Shown: positions 10,488 through 20,915 of the stretch, in pieces
Layout: each line of letters starts with the position of its first letter
Numbering within the stretch: the first letter of the stretch is position 1
Origin: Promethearchaeota archaeon
Lineage (GTDB): Archaea > Asgardarchaeota > Lokiarchaeia > Sigyniarchaeales > SOKP01
Assembly: GCA_030599585.1 (NCBI GenBank)
Contig: JAUVNS010000007.1
Span: 96,001-160,000, forward strand
DNA length: 64,000 nt
Reading direction: 5' to 3'
Translations under genes and position numbers: made by a program
The notes under the pieces: model-generated
Databases searched by the model: none
Told to the model about the DNA's origin: nothing
The model's input: the letters and a program-made list of their open reading frames with translations, nothing else

Positions 10488-12463
10488 AAGAAATCTAAGT
10501 CCTCTTTGGGTTTTCTGAACATTTTACGATTTTTATATATTATAAAAACAGAAACTCCAACAATCGCAGCAGAAATAATGACAATAAATGGGAAATACTC
10601 TAAATCTGGTTCTAAAATTTTTATGACGATAACGCTTGCACTACCTATTTTCCCTGTTATATCCGTTACATAAAAGGTTATATTAATCTCTCCTTGGGGT
10701 AAGTCTCTCCACTTAAATTGTAAAAGCTCTCCTGACATATGAGAATAATTATCGCGTACAATAGTCCAAGAAGCCCATTGATCATTGGCTTCAATTATCA
10801 AAGATGCAGAATTAGGTTCTTCGATTGAAATCAAATAACTAGGAGCCTCAACTCCAAATTTTTCATTTTGTAGGGGACTGACAATGGTAATGATTGGTTT
10901 ATAAGTATCTTTGATTACTGAAACTTCAACATATTCTTCCTTGCCCATCGTATTATTCGCATAAAAATTTATATCCACTATACCTTCTTCTTGTTTATCC
11001 CATTCCGTTTGATCGATTGCTCCTATCGATCCAGAAAAAGTGATATTAACTAATCCACCATCTAAAGAATACCAAGTAGAATCTAAATTTGAATCAAAAG
11101 TTGATATATCGAAGTTTGGGGATACATTACCGTAAAAACTAAATTGGTTTGGGAAATTAATTGTAATATTACTAATAATATATTTCACCAAAATAGTGTT
11201 TCTCGATAATGCGGTTCCCGAAATATAGACTACATCAGACGAATCAACTGCTACTCCACTTCCACTATCAATCCACTCAAATATACGATACCATTGCTGG
11301 TCACCAGAACTGTTATACTTCACCAGAATCATATTACCACTATCCACCCCAAAGCTATCTGTACTTCCCGTAAGATACACATTGTCAGACAAATCCACTG
11401 CTACTCCACTACTCTCATCCCTATCACTCCCACCCCATGTGCGATTCCATTGCTGCACACCAGAACTATCATATTTCACCAGAACCATATCAAAACCCCC
11501 TAAACCGAAGCTATTTGTACTTCCCGTAAGATACACATTGTCAGATGAATCCACTACCACTCCATTACATTTATCCCTATCACTCCCACCCCATGTACGA
11601 TTCCATTGCAGCACACCTGAACTATCATATTTCACCAGAATCATACCACCATCCCCATTCCAGTCTCCGATTCCTGCAAGATACACATTATCAGACGAAT
11701 CCACTGCCACTCCATTACCCCTACCCAGTTTATTCTCCCCCACTCCACCCCATGTGCGATTCCATTGCTGCACACCAGAACTGTCATACTTCACCAAGGC
11801 CATATCCCAGTCTCCGATTCCTGCAAGATACACATTATCAGATGAATCCACTACAACTGCTCTACCATCATCCCAACCATCCCCACCCCATGTACGATTC
11901 CATTGCGGCTCGCCAGAACTGTCATATTTCATCAGAATCATATCATGCCCTTCAAATCCAGACATACCATAAGTATTTCCTGCAACATACACATTGTCAG
12001 ATGAATCAACTGCTACTCCACCTTTCTCATCTAAATAACCCCCGCCCCATGTACGATTCCATTGCTGCACACCAGAGCTGTCATATTTCGCCAGAAAATT
12101 TTCGTTTATACTATCAACTACATAGTAACCACCCCTGTGTCCTATATTATACACATTACCAAACGAATCCACTGCGACTCCTAAACCTCCAATACCACCT
12201 CTCAACCCCCATAAGCGAGTCCATTGTATAGTAGCTGAATTGCTCCCAGATGAATGGATTCTAATAATCTTATCTTCTTTTTCATCTCGTTCATTCGATA
12301 GGACTGGAATCCCTTGTAATTTGATACTAAAACACCAGAGTAAAATAAATATAACAAAGTATGTTTTCACATTTTTAATTTTCCAGCTGGATTTTTTTAC
12401 TCTTTTCAATCTCAATTTATGTTCTCCATCGTAGTTAAATATTATTTTTGGATGTGATTTCAT
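10484..12463 (-). CDS. Membrane-anchored surface protein with SBBP beta-propeller repeats and Ig-like stalk
   Basis: Repeats VAVDSSDNVYLAG..LVKYDSSGVQQWNRTWGG; N-terminal hydrophobic segment and C-terminal TM. Confidence 0.85.
   Translation of the reverse strand: MKSHPKIIFNYDGEHKLRLKRVKKSSWKIKNVKTYFVIFILLWCFSIKLQGIPVLSNERDEKEDKIIRIHSSGSNSATIQWTRLWGLRGGIGGLGVAVDSFGNVYNIGHRGGYYVVDSINENFLAKYDSSGVQQWNRTWGGGYLDEKGGVAVDSSDNVYVAGNTYGMSGFEGHDMILMKYDSSGEPQWNRTWGGDGWDDGRAVVVDSSDNVYLAGIGDWDMALVKYDSSGVQQWNRTWGGVGENKLGRGNGVAVDSSDNVYLAGIGDWNGDGGMILVKYDSSGVLQWNRTWGGSDRDKCNGVVVDSSDNVYLTGSTNSFGLGGFDMVLVKYDSSGVQQWNRTWGGSDRDESSGVAVDLSDNVYLTGSTDSFGVDSGNMILVKYNSSGDQQWYRIFEWIDSGSGVAVDSSDVVYISGTALSRNTILVKYIISNITINFPNQFSFYGNVSPNFDISTFDSNLDSTWYSLDGGLVNITFSGSIGAIDQTEWDKQEEGIVDINFYANNTMGKEEYVEVSVIKDTYKPIITIVSPLQNEKFGVEAPSYLISIEEPNSASLIIEANDQWASWTIVRDNYSHMSGELLQFKWRDLPQGEINITFYVTDITGKIGSASVIVIKILEPDLEYFPFIVIISAAIVGVSVFIIYKNRKMFRKPKEDLDFL
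11250..12190 (-). repeat. Intragenic tandem repeats (~140-155 bp) encoding propeller blades
   Basis: Recurring CCCCATGTRCGATTCCATTGC and ACACATTRTCAGAYGAATCCACT. Confidence 0.85.
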
Positions 12464-12530
12464 TCTAATTTCTCCAAAATTTTATTTTGATAAATTATTA
12501 ATTATTCCTGTAACTTATAATCCTATTTTT

Positions 12531-12644
12531 TGAACAGCTCGATCAGAATTTTAGGTACTTCGATTACATGAAATTTTGTTTCAGATTGAAACTGTTTAGC
12601 ATTTTTAAGTGGAGAATTTAAACTACACCAACCTGATAAAAAAT
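12531..12644. repeat. Copy 2 of the duplicated upstream module (palindrome at 12578-12592)
   Basis: See copy 1. Confidence 0.85.
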
Positions 12645-12895
12645 TAACCAACTTAAATTTGATAAAATTATATACAAAAATTAGGTCTAATTTATTATGA
12701 ACTTCAGATTCGCATATGGATGGGAGGATATAACTACAATTTTGGAACTCTAATTATTAAATATAAACTACTTCTTTTGATCATTTGATTACCAATTTTA
12801 GATTAAATGAGAGAAATTTAAGTAGTTAGATTTCTATGAAATCTTCAAAAGTATTTTTATTCTAAAAAAACATATTACCAAATTGGTCGAAACCT

Positions 12896-13858
12896 ATGGC
12901 TATACAACTAACTAAAATGATTATGCACGGCATTCTTAACGCTGTCCTCTACATTGCTTTACCTTTGGTTCTCTTTGAAGTAATCTCTATGATGGGCCTT
13001 ATGACTTTTGCTCAAGAGTTTAAAACGACTATAATAATAATAGGGATTATAGGAGTTGTTTTTTCAATGCTAAGCCACGCATATCCTAAGGACACATCAG
13101 CAAATCGCCTTATAGCATTCGGATCAACTGTTTATTCTGGTATCTATCTGTTTTATCTTTTCGGTGGCTTTACGCCGGGAGTACAATTAGGGAATTATTC
13201 AATAAATGTGCCTCCTCTTCAAGTACTCCTAGGTTTGCAGGTAATTGCTTGGTTATTGTTAGGTTCTTCAGGATTAAGAGCGTTAAAGTATTTAATCGAA
13301 GCAGTTGAGTTACGAAAGAATAAAGAATATCGTGTAAAAAAGAAATTTAAGCTCAGCAATTTTTTTAAAGTTTTAGGAACGATACTCGGTCTAATTATAT
13401 TTGGCTATCTTGGTAGCATCGCATACAGTGGGATGAACCTTGGCTTTAATTTTCATCCAACTTTTGATGTAGATCACGATGTAGGCGTTCTACCTTTAGA
13501 TCCGATTGATGATACTATTAATATCACTATTACTTTTGATCTCGACAACCAAGGATTTTACGCGATTTATGATATTTATATCGACGCAGAATTTCGTACA
13601 GTGACTAGCGCGAATGAATCAGCACTCCCCGTAGGAGTAAAAGTAGGAGGATCATTAAATAACTTCTTTAGCACGTTTCATTCCTTCACAAATAATGTCA
13701 ATAATAACATAACGCTTGTAATGGACCCAACCTATATGGTAGGATTGGCTACTACAGATGCAACTTTAGCGCTGAAAATCTCATTTGCTACACTTTATGC
13801 TGCAATACTCATTAATTTGAATATAACCGTTAATATCCCATGGACCGCATTAATCTAA
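12896..13858 (+). CDS. Hypothetical multi-pass membrane protein with C-terminal extracellular domain
   Basis: ~5 TM helices then a beta-rich domain. Confidence 0.7.
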   Translation: MAIQLTKMIMHGILNAVLYIALPLVLFEVISMMGLMTFAQEFKTTIIIIGIIGVVFSMLSHAYPKDTSANRLIAFGSTVYSGIYLFYLFGGFTPGVQLGNYSINVPPLQVLLGLQVIAWLLLGSSGLRALKYLIEAVELRKNKEYRVKKKFKLSNFFKVLGTILGLIIFGYLGSIAYSGMNLGFNFHPTFDVDHDVGVLPLDPIDDTINITITFDLDNQGFYAIYDIYIDAEFRTVTSANESALPVGVKVGGSLNNFFSTFHSFTNNVNNNITLVMDPTYMVGLATTDATLALKISFATLYAAILINLNITVNIPWTALI

Positions 13859-13981
13859 TTTCTTAAATTTTCTATTTCTTTTTTTTTAAAATCGTATTAC
13901 CGTATTAAAACATAACCTTTCTTGGAGTATTAATATTTTTTAGCCAATCACTTTAAATTTGAAAACATTTTATTGAATATT

Positions 13982-14491
13982 ATGAACGAAGAACCGCCAA
14001 GGCCTAGTGGATTACCAGCGGGTTCTATAGCACCTATCTTTGATACTAAAGACATCTACGGAAAAGAAATGAATTTAGAAAACTTGCTTGAAGAATACGA
14101 CGGAGTGCTAATTGATTTCTTTAGAGGAAATTGGTGAAGTCATTGCAAAAAACATTTAACGCTACTAACCGAAAAGATATCCGAATTTAAGAATAGGAAC
14201 ATTAAACTTATGTCAATAGCAAGCGATAGCGAAAGACTTTTAAAGAAATTTAAAGAAGAAAATAATTTTGCTGTTGATATGATCTCTGATCGTGGAGCTA
14301 AAATTGCAAAAGAATACGATGTTTACTGGTTTGCTCCCGGTGGAGGAGGAACTTTGAACGTAAAACAAGCGGTGCCAAGCAAATTTCTGATAAATAAGGA
14401 AAGAAAAATCTTATGGACATACATTGGTAAAGATAAAACCGACAGGCCTTCTATAAAAATGATGACAGACATCATAGACGAAAAAATTTAG
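13982..14491 (+). CDS. Peroxiredoxin-like (AhpC/TSA, thioredoxin fold) selenoprotein, UxxC, 169 aa
   Basis: ATG 13982 is in frame with track ORF 14210; a single TGA (14135-14137) falls in DFFRGNW-U-SHC where CxxC is expected; 3' SECIS-like element. Confidence 0.9.
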
Positions 14492-14498
14492 ATTTTAG

Positions 14499-14571
14499 AA
14501 TCCCTTAAGAATGAATCGTGCGTGAAAATTTTAGACAAACGAGGACGAACCTCGCAAAGGTTTATGGGATT
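14499..14571 (+). ncRNA. Eukaryote-type SECIS-like element (cis RNA structure) plus adjacent hairpin
   Basis: ATGA(14511)-ATCGTGCGT-GAAAATTTTAG-ACAAACGAG-GA, then AACCT-CGCAA-AGGTT; homologous to 24331-24387. Confidence 0.8.
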
Positions 14572-14858
14572 TATTTATTTTCTTTTTGATTGTGGGAATT
14601 TTATTCATAAGAAATAATAGAAAGAAAAGGTAGGAATATTTCTACGCCAACTTGAATTTCTTGAAAAATTGACTTCTTTTAGATGCATCTAATACTTCGA
14701 GTAAACAGATTTACAAATATGTCACATTATTTTAATTGCTCAATAAGTATATAAGTATATATTCAAGTTTAACTCCAATGAATAATAATCAACAAAAATT
14801 CTTTCAATAAATTTTAATTTACAAATCAAAAAAAAAAATATGAATTCTATAAGGAGAT

Positions 14859-16160
14859 TTGATTAAAATGGTAGAAAAAAAAACCGCTTGGTATGAAACA
14901 CCTGTAATTAAGGATATGATGGCTTTAGTTGGGGGTAGAGCTCTAAGAGCCGTAATGTCAACCTTTTGCTCGTCCAAAACATATCAGGGTAAATCAGCAC
15001 TACTAAGAGTTGCTCGATATTTAGAAGCTTCTCTTGATAAACAAGAAAGAAGAGCGTTAATAATAACAGACTCGTTTACTCAAAAATTTACTAAAAAGAT
15101 AACTAGCTACCTGGATTTAATTGAAATGGAATATAAAATATGGTCTGGAGCAATACCAGAAGTGCCAATCTCAACAATCTATGAAGGGGCTAAAATATGC
15201 GAAGAGTTTAAGCCACAAGTATTAATCGCATTAGGAGGCGGTAGCGTCATGGATACAGCAAAAATGGTAATGGTCAAATACGAAAAACCTGAAATAAATT
15301 TGATGATGATTTTGCCGTATTTCGGTTCTCTGGGATTACGAAAGAAAATGAAATATTTTATAGCAATTCCTACGACATCTGGGACGGGTTCCGAGGTAAC
15401 TCAAGCAGCCGTAATTACAGATACCGATAGAGAACCGCCTAAAAAACTTGTAGTGTTGAGCGACGAGATATATGCTGATATTACGATTTTATTTACAGAT
15501 TTTGTTAAAGACATGCCTCCATTTCTAACAATGGCCACAGGTTTAGACGCTCTTTCTCACGCTTTGGGGAGTTACATTTCAAATTGGGGTAGCCCATATA
15601 GTGACGCCATGAATTCGACTGCGATAAAAGAAGTCGTAAAATACCTTCCACGTGCTTACAAATACGGAGTTAAAGATATAGAAGCTAGAGAACATATGCA
15701 AATGGCTGCACTAATGGCAGGAATTGGATTTGGAAATACAACAGCGGGAATAGACCATGCGTTAGGACATAGTTTCGGGAAAATATTTGGGGTACATCAC
15801 GGAATATGTGTCGGATTGTTCGCCCCTTATTCTATTGCTTTTCAAGCAAAAGTTACCGATAGATGGAGAGCCTTATGCCCAATTTTCAATGTTAAAGATG
15901 AAAACAAGGGTAGAGATGAATTATACAAAGAATTTCTTCAAGCCGTCAAGAATTTTATAGTCTCACTTGATGGTCCTGTATGCGTAAAAGATTTGAAAGA
16001 TCCTGTTATTAGCAAAGAAGATTATTTCTCAAAACTAGATTTATTAGCAGAATATGCTGACGACGACGCAGTATCTCTAACTTCTTTTCGTACAATTAAT
16101 AGAAAGCTATATAAAACCATCTTTGAATACGCGTGGGATGGAAAAGATATTGATTTTTAA
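14859..16160 (+). CDS. Iron-containing alcohol dehydrogenase (likely start ATG 14868)
   Basis: GGGSVMDTAK, IPTTSGTGSE, DALSH, HALGH..HHG. Confidence 0.9.
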   Translation: MIKMVEKKTAWYETPVIKDMMALVGGRALRAVMSTFCSSKTYQGKSALLRVARYLEASLDKQERRALIITDSFTQKFTKKITSYLDLIEMEYKIWSGAIPEVPISTIYEGAKICEEFKPQVLIALGGGSVMDTAKMVMVKYEKPEINLMMILPYFGSLGLRKKMKYFIAIPTTSGTGSEVTQAAVITDTDREPPKKLVVLSDEIYADITILFTDFVKDMPPFLTMATGLDALSHALGSYISNWGSPYSDAMNSTAIKEVVKYLPRAYKYGVKDIEAREHMQMAALMAGIGFGNTTAGIDHALGHSFGKIFGVHHGICVGLFAPYSIAFQAKVTDRWRALCPIFNVKDENKGRDELYKEFLQAVKNFIVSLDGPVCVKDLKDPVISKEDYFSKLDLLAEYADDDAVSLTSFRTINRKLYKTIFEYAWDGKDIDF

Positions 16161-16175
16161 TATGGAGGGAAAAAG

Positions 16176-18050
16176 ATGAGTGAAAATTTATTTGGTTATA
16201 ATGGAAAAATTGCTTATGTGAATTTAACAGACCAAACTGTCGATGTTAAAGATCTGGATGCTCAAGTTGCAAAGCAATATCTTGGTGGTACGGGACTAAG
16301 CGCTAAAATAACTTACGACCTTCTATCAAAAAATGATTACGACACCTTGAAAAAAGACGCTTTTTCAGATATTAATCCATTAATATTTGCGACGGGTCCT
16401 GTTACAGGAACAATAAGGCCGTCCTCCGGAAGGTACACCGTAACAGCGATATCACCCCTTACAGGGATATGGGGTGAAGGCTCTTCTGGGGGATTTTTTT
16501 GTATTCCTTTACATAATAGTGGCTTCGATGCTATAGTTATTGTTGGGAAAGCAAAAAGTCCTATCTATCTATATGTCCACGATGAAACCATTGAATTCAA
16601 AGGTGGAGATGTTGTTTGGGGTAAAGACACGTACGAAACCCAATTAATATTGAAAAAAGAGCTAAACAACGAAAAGATTCGGGTTGCCACTATCGGTATT
16701 GCCGGTGAAAATTTAGTGAAATACGCTGGAATAATTAATGACGAAGGTCGAGCTATAGGGAGATGTGGTTTAGGTGCTGTAATGGGTTCAAAAAACTTAA
16801 AAGCAATTGCAGTTCACGGAACTAAAAAAATCCAAATCGCAGATAATAAAATAGGCAAAGAATTGTTAAAAGAAGCAGAAGATGCAAAGAGAGGAGACCT
16901 CCTTAAATCAATAACGCCTTTTTTATTCACTTTATATGGTACAAACTGCTATTTAGATATAGGTATGGCTCTCGGTGACACACCAGCACATTATTTTACT
17001 AGGAACGAATTTTTCGCTGAAAAATTAACGGGGAAAACATTACGAGAAGAATATCCTATTTTGGACTACGGTTGCGCGGGCTGTACTATGAGATGTGGTA
17101 AAACAACAATTATAGAACACGAGGGCAAAGAAATCGAAGTAGATGGGCCAGAATACGAGTCTGTTGCGGCATTTGGACCTTTATGTGGCGTTAATGATTC
17201 CAAAGAAGTAATTCTCTCGCATCATATGTGTAACATATATGGTTTTGACACTATTTCTGGAGGCGTATCTATCGCATTTTTGATTTACTTAGTTGAAAAC
17301 AATTTAGGGATTGAAAAAATTAAGTCGTATCTAAAAGATATTGAAATCGGAGAAATAAAGTGGGGAAATGGAAATTTACTTTTAAAACTAATTGATAAAA
17401 TTGCGAAAAAAGAAGGCATAGGAAACGTACTTTCTGAGGGTGTACGCACCATGGCAAAAGAATTTGAAGTCGATCCTGAATTAGCAGCGCATGTAAAAGG
17501 TTTAGAAATGCCAATGCACGATCCAAGAGCTTTTGCTGGACAAGCTTTAAGTTATATTACTTGTTACGTGGGAGCGAGTCACGAAAAATGCGATTGGTTT
17601 AGCGCTGAAATGGGAAATGTTGCATACCCGAAAATACGAATAAAATCTGGTGATAGAACTTCCATAAAAGGTAGAGAAAAGGGAGTTATTGCCCTACAAA
17701 ACATTAGGGCGATAGATGATTCCGCTGTAAATTGTAACTTCCTAAACCCCTCACTTGAACACATAATTAAACACATCAACGCAGCAACGGGCTTTGATTA
17801 CAGTAAAAAATCTTTATTGCTTGTTGGGGAACGAATAAATACTCTTAAAAGACTTATTATATGCAATCTAGGGATAACAAGAGAAGACGATAAATTACCG
17901 GGGCATCTTAATAAAGTATTAAAGTCTGGTAAAACAGAAGGGGTAAAGTTAGACTTAGATGGGAGCTTAAGGAAATATTATAAAATTCGTGGTTGGGATT
18001 GGGAGACTGGTCGACCAACAAAAGAGAAACTTGAAGAACTAAATATTTAA
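16176..18050 (+). CDS. aor: Tungsten aldehyde:ferredoxin oxidoreductase family
   Basis: GRCGLGAVMGSKNLKAI, CAGCTMRC, GPEYE, HDPRA. Confidence 0.9.
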   Translation: MSENLFGYNGKIAYVNLTDQTVDVKDLDAQVAKQYLGGTGLSAKITYDLLSKNDYDTLKKDAFSDINPLIFATGPVTGTIRPSSGRYTVTAISPLTGIWGEGSSGGFFCIPLHNSGFDAIVIVGKAKSPIYLYVHDETIEFKGGDVVWGKDTYETQLILKKELNNEKIRVATIGIAGENLVKYAGIINDEGRAIGRCGLGAVMGSKNLKAIAVHGTKKIQIADNKIGKELLKEAEDAKRGDLLKSITPFLFTLYGTNCYLDIGMALGDTPAHYFTRNEFFAEKLTGKTLREEYPILDYGCAGCTMRCGKTTIIEHEGKEIEVDGPEYESVAAFGPLCGVNDSKEVILSHHMCNIYGFDTISGGVSIAFLIYLVENNLGIEKIKSYLKDIEIGEIKWGNGNLLLKLIDKIAKKEGIGNVLSEGVRTMAKEFEVDPELAAHVKGLEMPMHDPRAFAGQALSYITCYVGASHEKCDWFSAEMGNVAYPKIRIKSGDRTSIKGREKGVIALQNIRAIDDSAVNCNFLNPSLEHIIKHINAATGFDYSKKSLLLVGERINTLKRLIICNLGITREDDKLPGHLNKVLKSGKTEGVKLDLDGSLRKYYKIRGWDWETGRPTKEKLEELNI

Positions 18051-18090
18051 TTAGCTTTTATTTTTTTTTATTTAGCATATAATTTAATTT

Positions 18091-19194
18091 TCATTCAATA
18101 GAACAAATTAATTCTTCTTTGTATCCGATAATTACTTTAGTAAGTCCTTTTAACAAATTATCAATTTCATCATCGCCCGTATCAACTCTCAAGCATTTTA
18201 GACTCTTTATTTTATCTTCAGTTCCTATGATTAGAATATTATTTTTTTCTACTCTTCTTAAAATTTTCGGTGTAAACTGTTTGTTGCCTCTTCCAAATAC
18301 GAATCCCTGTCCTCCTATAGGTGTTACAATGATTTTAACTTTCTGATATTTACTTAGCAATTCAACTATCCCGCTTTCATTTAAATCTTCACCAACTAGT
18401 GCTTTATTATAAATAGCGTCAACACCAAGTAAGGTTTTATCTAGATTTAACTGGTCCGTAATCGATTTAACAGTCGTGCCGGGTCCTAATAAATATAGTG
18501 TTCCTTCTTCCATAGTTTCATTTATCTGCTGAGCTATCTCGTACTTGTTTTCATCAATAGTCCTTCCAACCTTGGAGCTATCTTTAGCGTTCTGGGTAAG
18601 GTTCTGAAATTTTGGAACTTTTAAATAACCATATAATTTAGAAACTAATCGATTATCTCTAAACGCATCTTCGTCGATATCCAGAACTTCTTTTTCTTGC
18701 GTATCTACCGTTTCTTCTATAAATTTATCTACAATTTGAGCAGCTGCTTTTGGATTTAGCGCAAATACGGAGCTGAACATTTTCACTCCGGATGGAATTG
18801 CAACCACAGGTATTTTTAATTCAATTGCATCAAATATATCTCTAGCCGTTCCATCACCCCCACAAAAGATAAGCAATTCAACTTGTTCTTCCAACATGAG
18901 TTTTGCAATTCTTTTTGTATCCTCTGCCGTCGTCTGTTGTTGGATATGACCAATGACTTCATATCTAAAACCTTTACCACTTACTAACTCTTCTCCCATT
19001 TTTCCGGGTGCAACCAATAAAAAAATTTCATCTCTCGATTCGATATGACTTAAAAATGCCTCTATTCTATTAGCAACGACTGGTAATGCTCCTAATCTAA
19101 GAGCCTCTTTAAATACCTCTCCATCTGTTCCTTTTAGCCCTACACTACCGCCCATTCCTGCGATTGGATTTGCTATAAGTCCAATTCTTTTCAT
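18091..19194 (-). CDS. ATP-NAD kinase family protein
   Basis: NPIAGMGGSVGLKGTDG, GGDGTARD, GQGFVFGRGN. Confidence 0.85.
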   Translation of the reverse strand: MKRIGLIANPIAGMGGSVGLKGTDGEVFKEALRLGALPVVANRIEAFLSHIESRDEIFLLVAPGKMGEELVSGKGFRYEVIGHIQQQTTAEDTKRIAKLMLEEQVELLIFCGGDGTARDIFDAIELKIPVVAIPSGVKMFSSVFALNPKAAAQIVDKFIEETVDTQEKEVLDIDEDAFRDNRLVSKLYGYLKVPKFQNLTQNAKDSSKVGRTIDENKYEIAQQINETMEEGTLYLLGPGTTVKSITDQLNLDKTLLGVDAIYNKALVGEDLNESGIVELLSKYQKVKIIVTPIGGQGFVFGRGNKQFTPKILRRVEKNNILIIGTEDKIKSLKCLRVDTGDDEIDNLLKGLTKVIIGYKEELICSIE

Positions 19195-19409
19195 ATTGAT
19201 ATTTTCTCTTTAAATTTGGTGTGGTTTTTTCTATTATGATTTGAATTTAGAATTTTATTTCCAATTTCAAACAATATAACTTAGCATTAATTATTTTTAT
19301 AATTTTGAAAAAAATAATGAGAAGATTTATTCTTTGTAAAAACTTCATCAAAGAATTTGGGGGGAATTTAATAAAATGATTTTTCTATATTTAATCTTTA
19401 ATTTGTGAG

Positions 19410-19601
19410 TTAACTTTTCAGTTTATCATAGCAGTTTTGGCAGAAAAATATTTTTCGCCCTTTTGAAATATCCTTTACCATATAACCTTTCTTATGCGCA
19501 GTCTCACAACCCCAGCACAGCTTAGTAATATGGGTATCAACGACATGATATTCTTTTACATCAAATTTATCTCCTTTTATGAATTCCTTATAACTTAGCA
19601 A
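19410..19601 (-). CDS. Small zinc-finger-like protein
   Basis: CWGC..CQNC in 63 aa. Confidence 0.55.
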   Translation of the reverse strand: MLSYKEFIKGDKFDVKEYHVVDTHITKLCWGCETAHKKGYMVKDISKGRKIFFCQNCYDKLKS

Positions 19602-19949
19602 TATTTAGCTCAACTTTAGTTTTTATAATATCGAATGAGTTTTTGAATAATCATTCAATATCTTTTATTATTTGAATAGAATCATATGAGATATTTAAGT
19701 ATTATGAGTGCGTATTCAAATAGCAGTAAGAAGGTGTAGAGCTATTTCATGAATATTTTAAATAAATTATATTAATGAAAACGAAGAAACTAGATTTTTT
19801 AATTAAGAGTTTTAGGTTTTTTTAACATATCAGATAAGGTTTAGTAGAAAGCAGCTAAATTAATTGTAAGAATTTTATGAAGATACCTATGAATTTTTCG
19901 TTTCGATAAATTAGTTAAAAAAAAAAAGTGTTAGAATTTATTTATGGTT

Positions 19950-20573
19950 TTATTTTTCCATGTATATTTTCAAGTAGGATACTCCACCGAATACATATGG
20001 GATTCCAGCATAAGCCCACCCTCCGTCCTCCCAAACTCCTCCATACTCACCATCAGGTGTTAGATACTCACCAGTAGGACTTACCAGCATAGCAATGGTT
20101 ACCGGGATAAATTTACCTCCTGTATTGGGCAAGGTTATAGATTGACCTCGATATTCAAAATTTTCGATAATTGTATCTGTAGTTTTAACCATTCCTTCGC
20201 CCATGACAAGCCAAATGTTAGTCCATATGATGTTCCGCACAGGGCAGTAGTGATATGGAATTACCTGAACAGCCCCATCTTTGAGCATTCCCTTTATTGT
20301 ATAAACTTTATCACCTGATTCATCATAGATTTGTGTTTGGAAATTAAAATGTCCGGAAGATTCACCGCTGACTTTATCGAACTCAATTGCTCCTACGATA
20401 GAAGTTTTAGCTCCAGGAACATCTATGTCATCGCCCTTAGATAGAATAAAGATGTTACTAGAATCAGTAGCTTTTACAGATGTAGCAAATGATATGATAG
20501 TTGTAAGAAACAATGACATTACTAGTACCAAAATCACTTTCGGAAATAATTTTGCTCTATTAATTTTGCTCAA
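19950..20573 (-). CDS. Secreted hypothetical protein, paralog of 29467-30174
   Basis: Signal peptide (..VKA); shared blocks KGDD.D, IYDESG, YCP, MGEG.VKTTD, TLPNTGGK. Confidence 0.75.
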   Translation of the reverse strand: MSKINRAKLFPKVILVLVMSLFLTTIISFATSVKATDSSNIFILSKGDDIDVPGAKTSIVGAIEFDKVSGESSGHFNFQTQIYDESGDKVYTIKGMLKDGAVQVIPYHYCPVRNIIWTNIWLVMGEGMVKTTDTIIENFEYRGQSITLPNTGGKFIPVTIAMLVSPTGEYLTPDGEYGGVWEDGGWAYAGIPYVFGGVSYLKIYMEK

Positions 20574-20915
20574 CTCTTATTTTTGGTTGATTTCTTTTTA
20601 AAAAGATTCCAACCCTCTATTTAATTCTCTCTCAATTACTAAAATCACAGATTTTTAGTAAATTTGTTAATTTTAATTCAAATTGAGTTATCAAATTATG
20701 TGGGACGGTTCATATTTAAATATTACTATTAATTTAAATATCTAAAATTATGATGTAAATCTATATTTGATAACATGTAACCCATTTATTCGAATGTAGA
20801 TAGACCGTTTTATTTAAATTAAACTTAAATATATGACATGCTTATTTATAAATGGAAAAAGAGATATTCGATATTTCCATAATTATTTTATAGAATTTTA
20901 TGAGCTGTAAATGGG

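Noticed and set aside
11294-12231. Long plus-strand ORFs (196 and 228 aa) with repeats
   Set aside because: Antisense shadows of the SBBP-repeat gene
9830-12592. GTTTCA..ATTGAAAC resembles CRISPR repeat ends
   Set aside because: Only two 15-bp copies 2.7 kb apart, with no spacers and no cas genes
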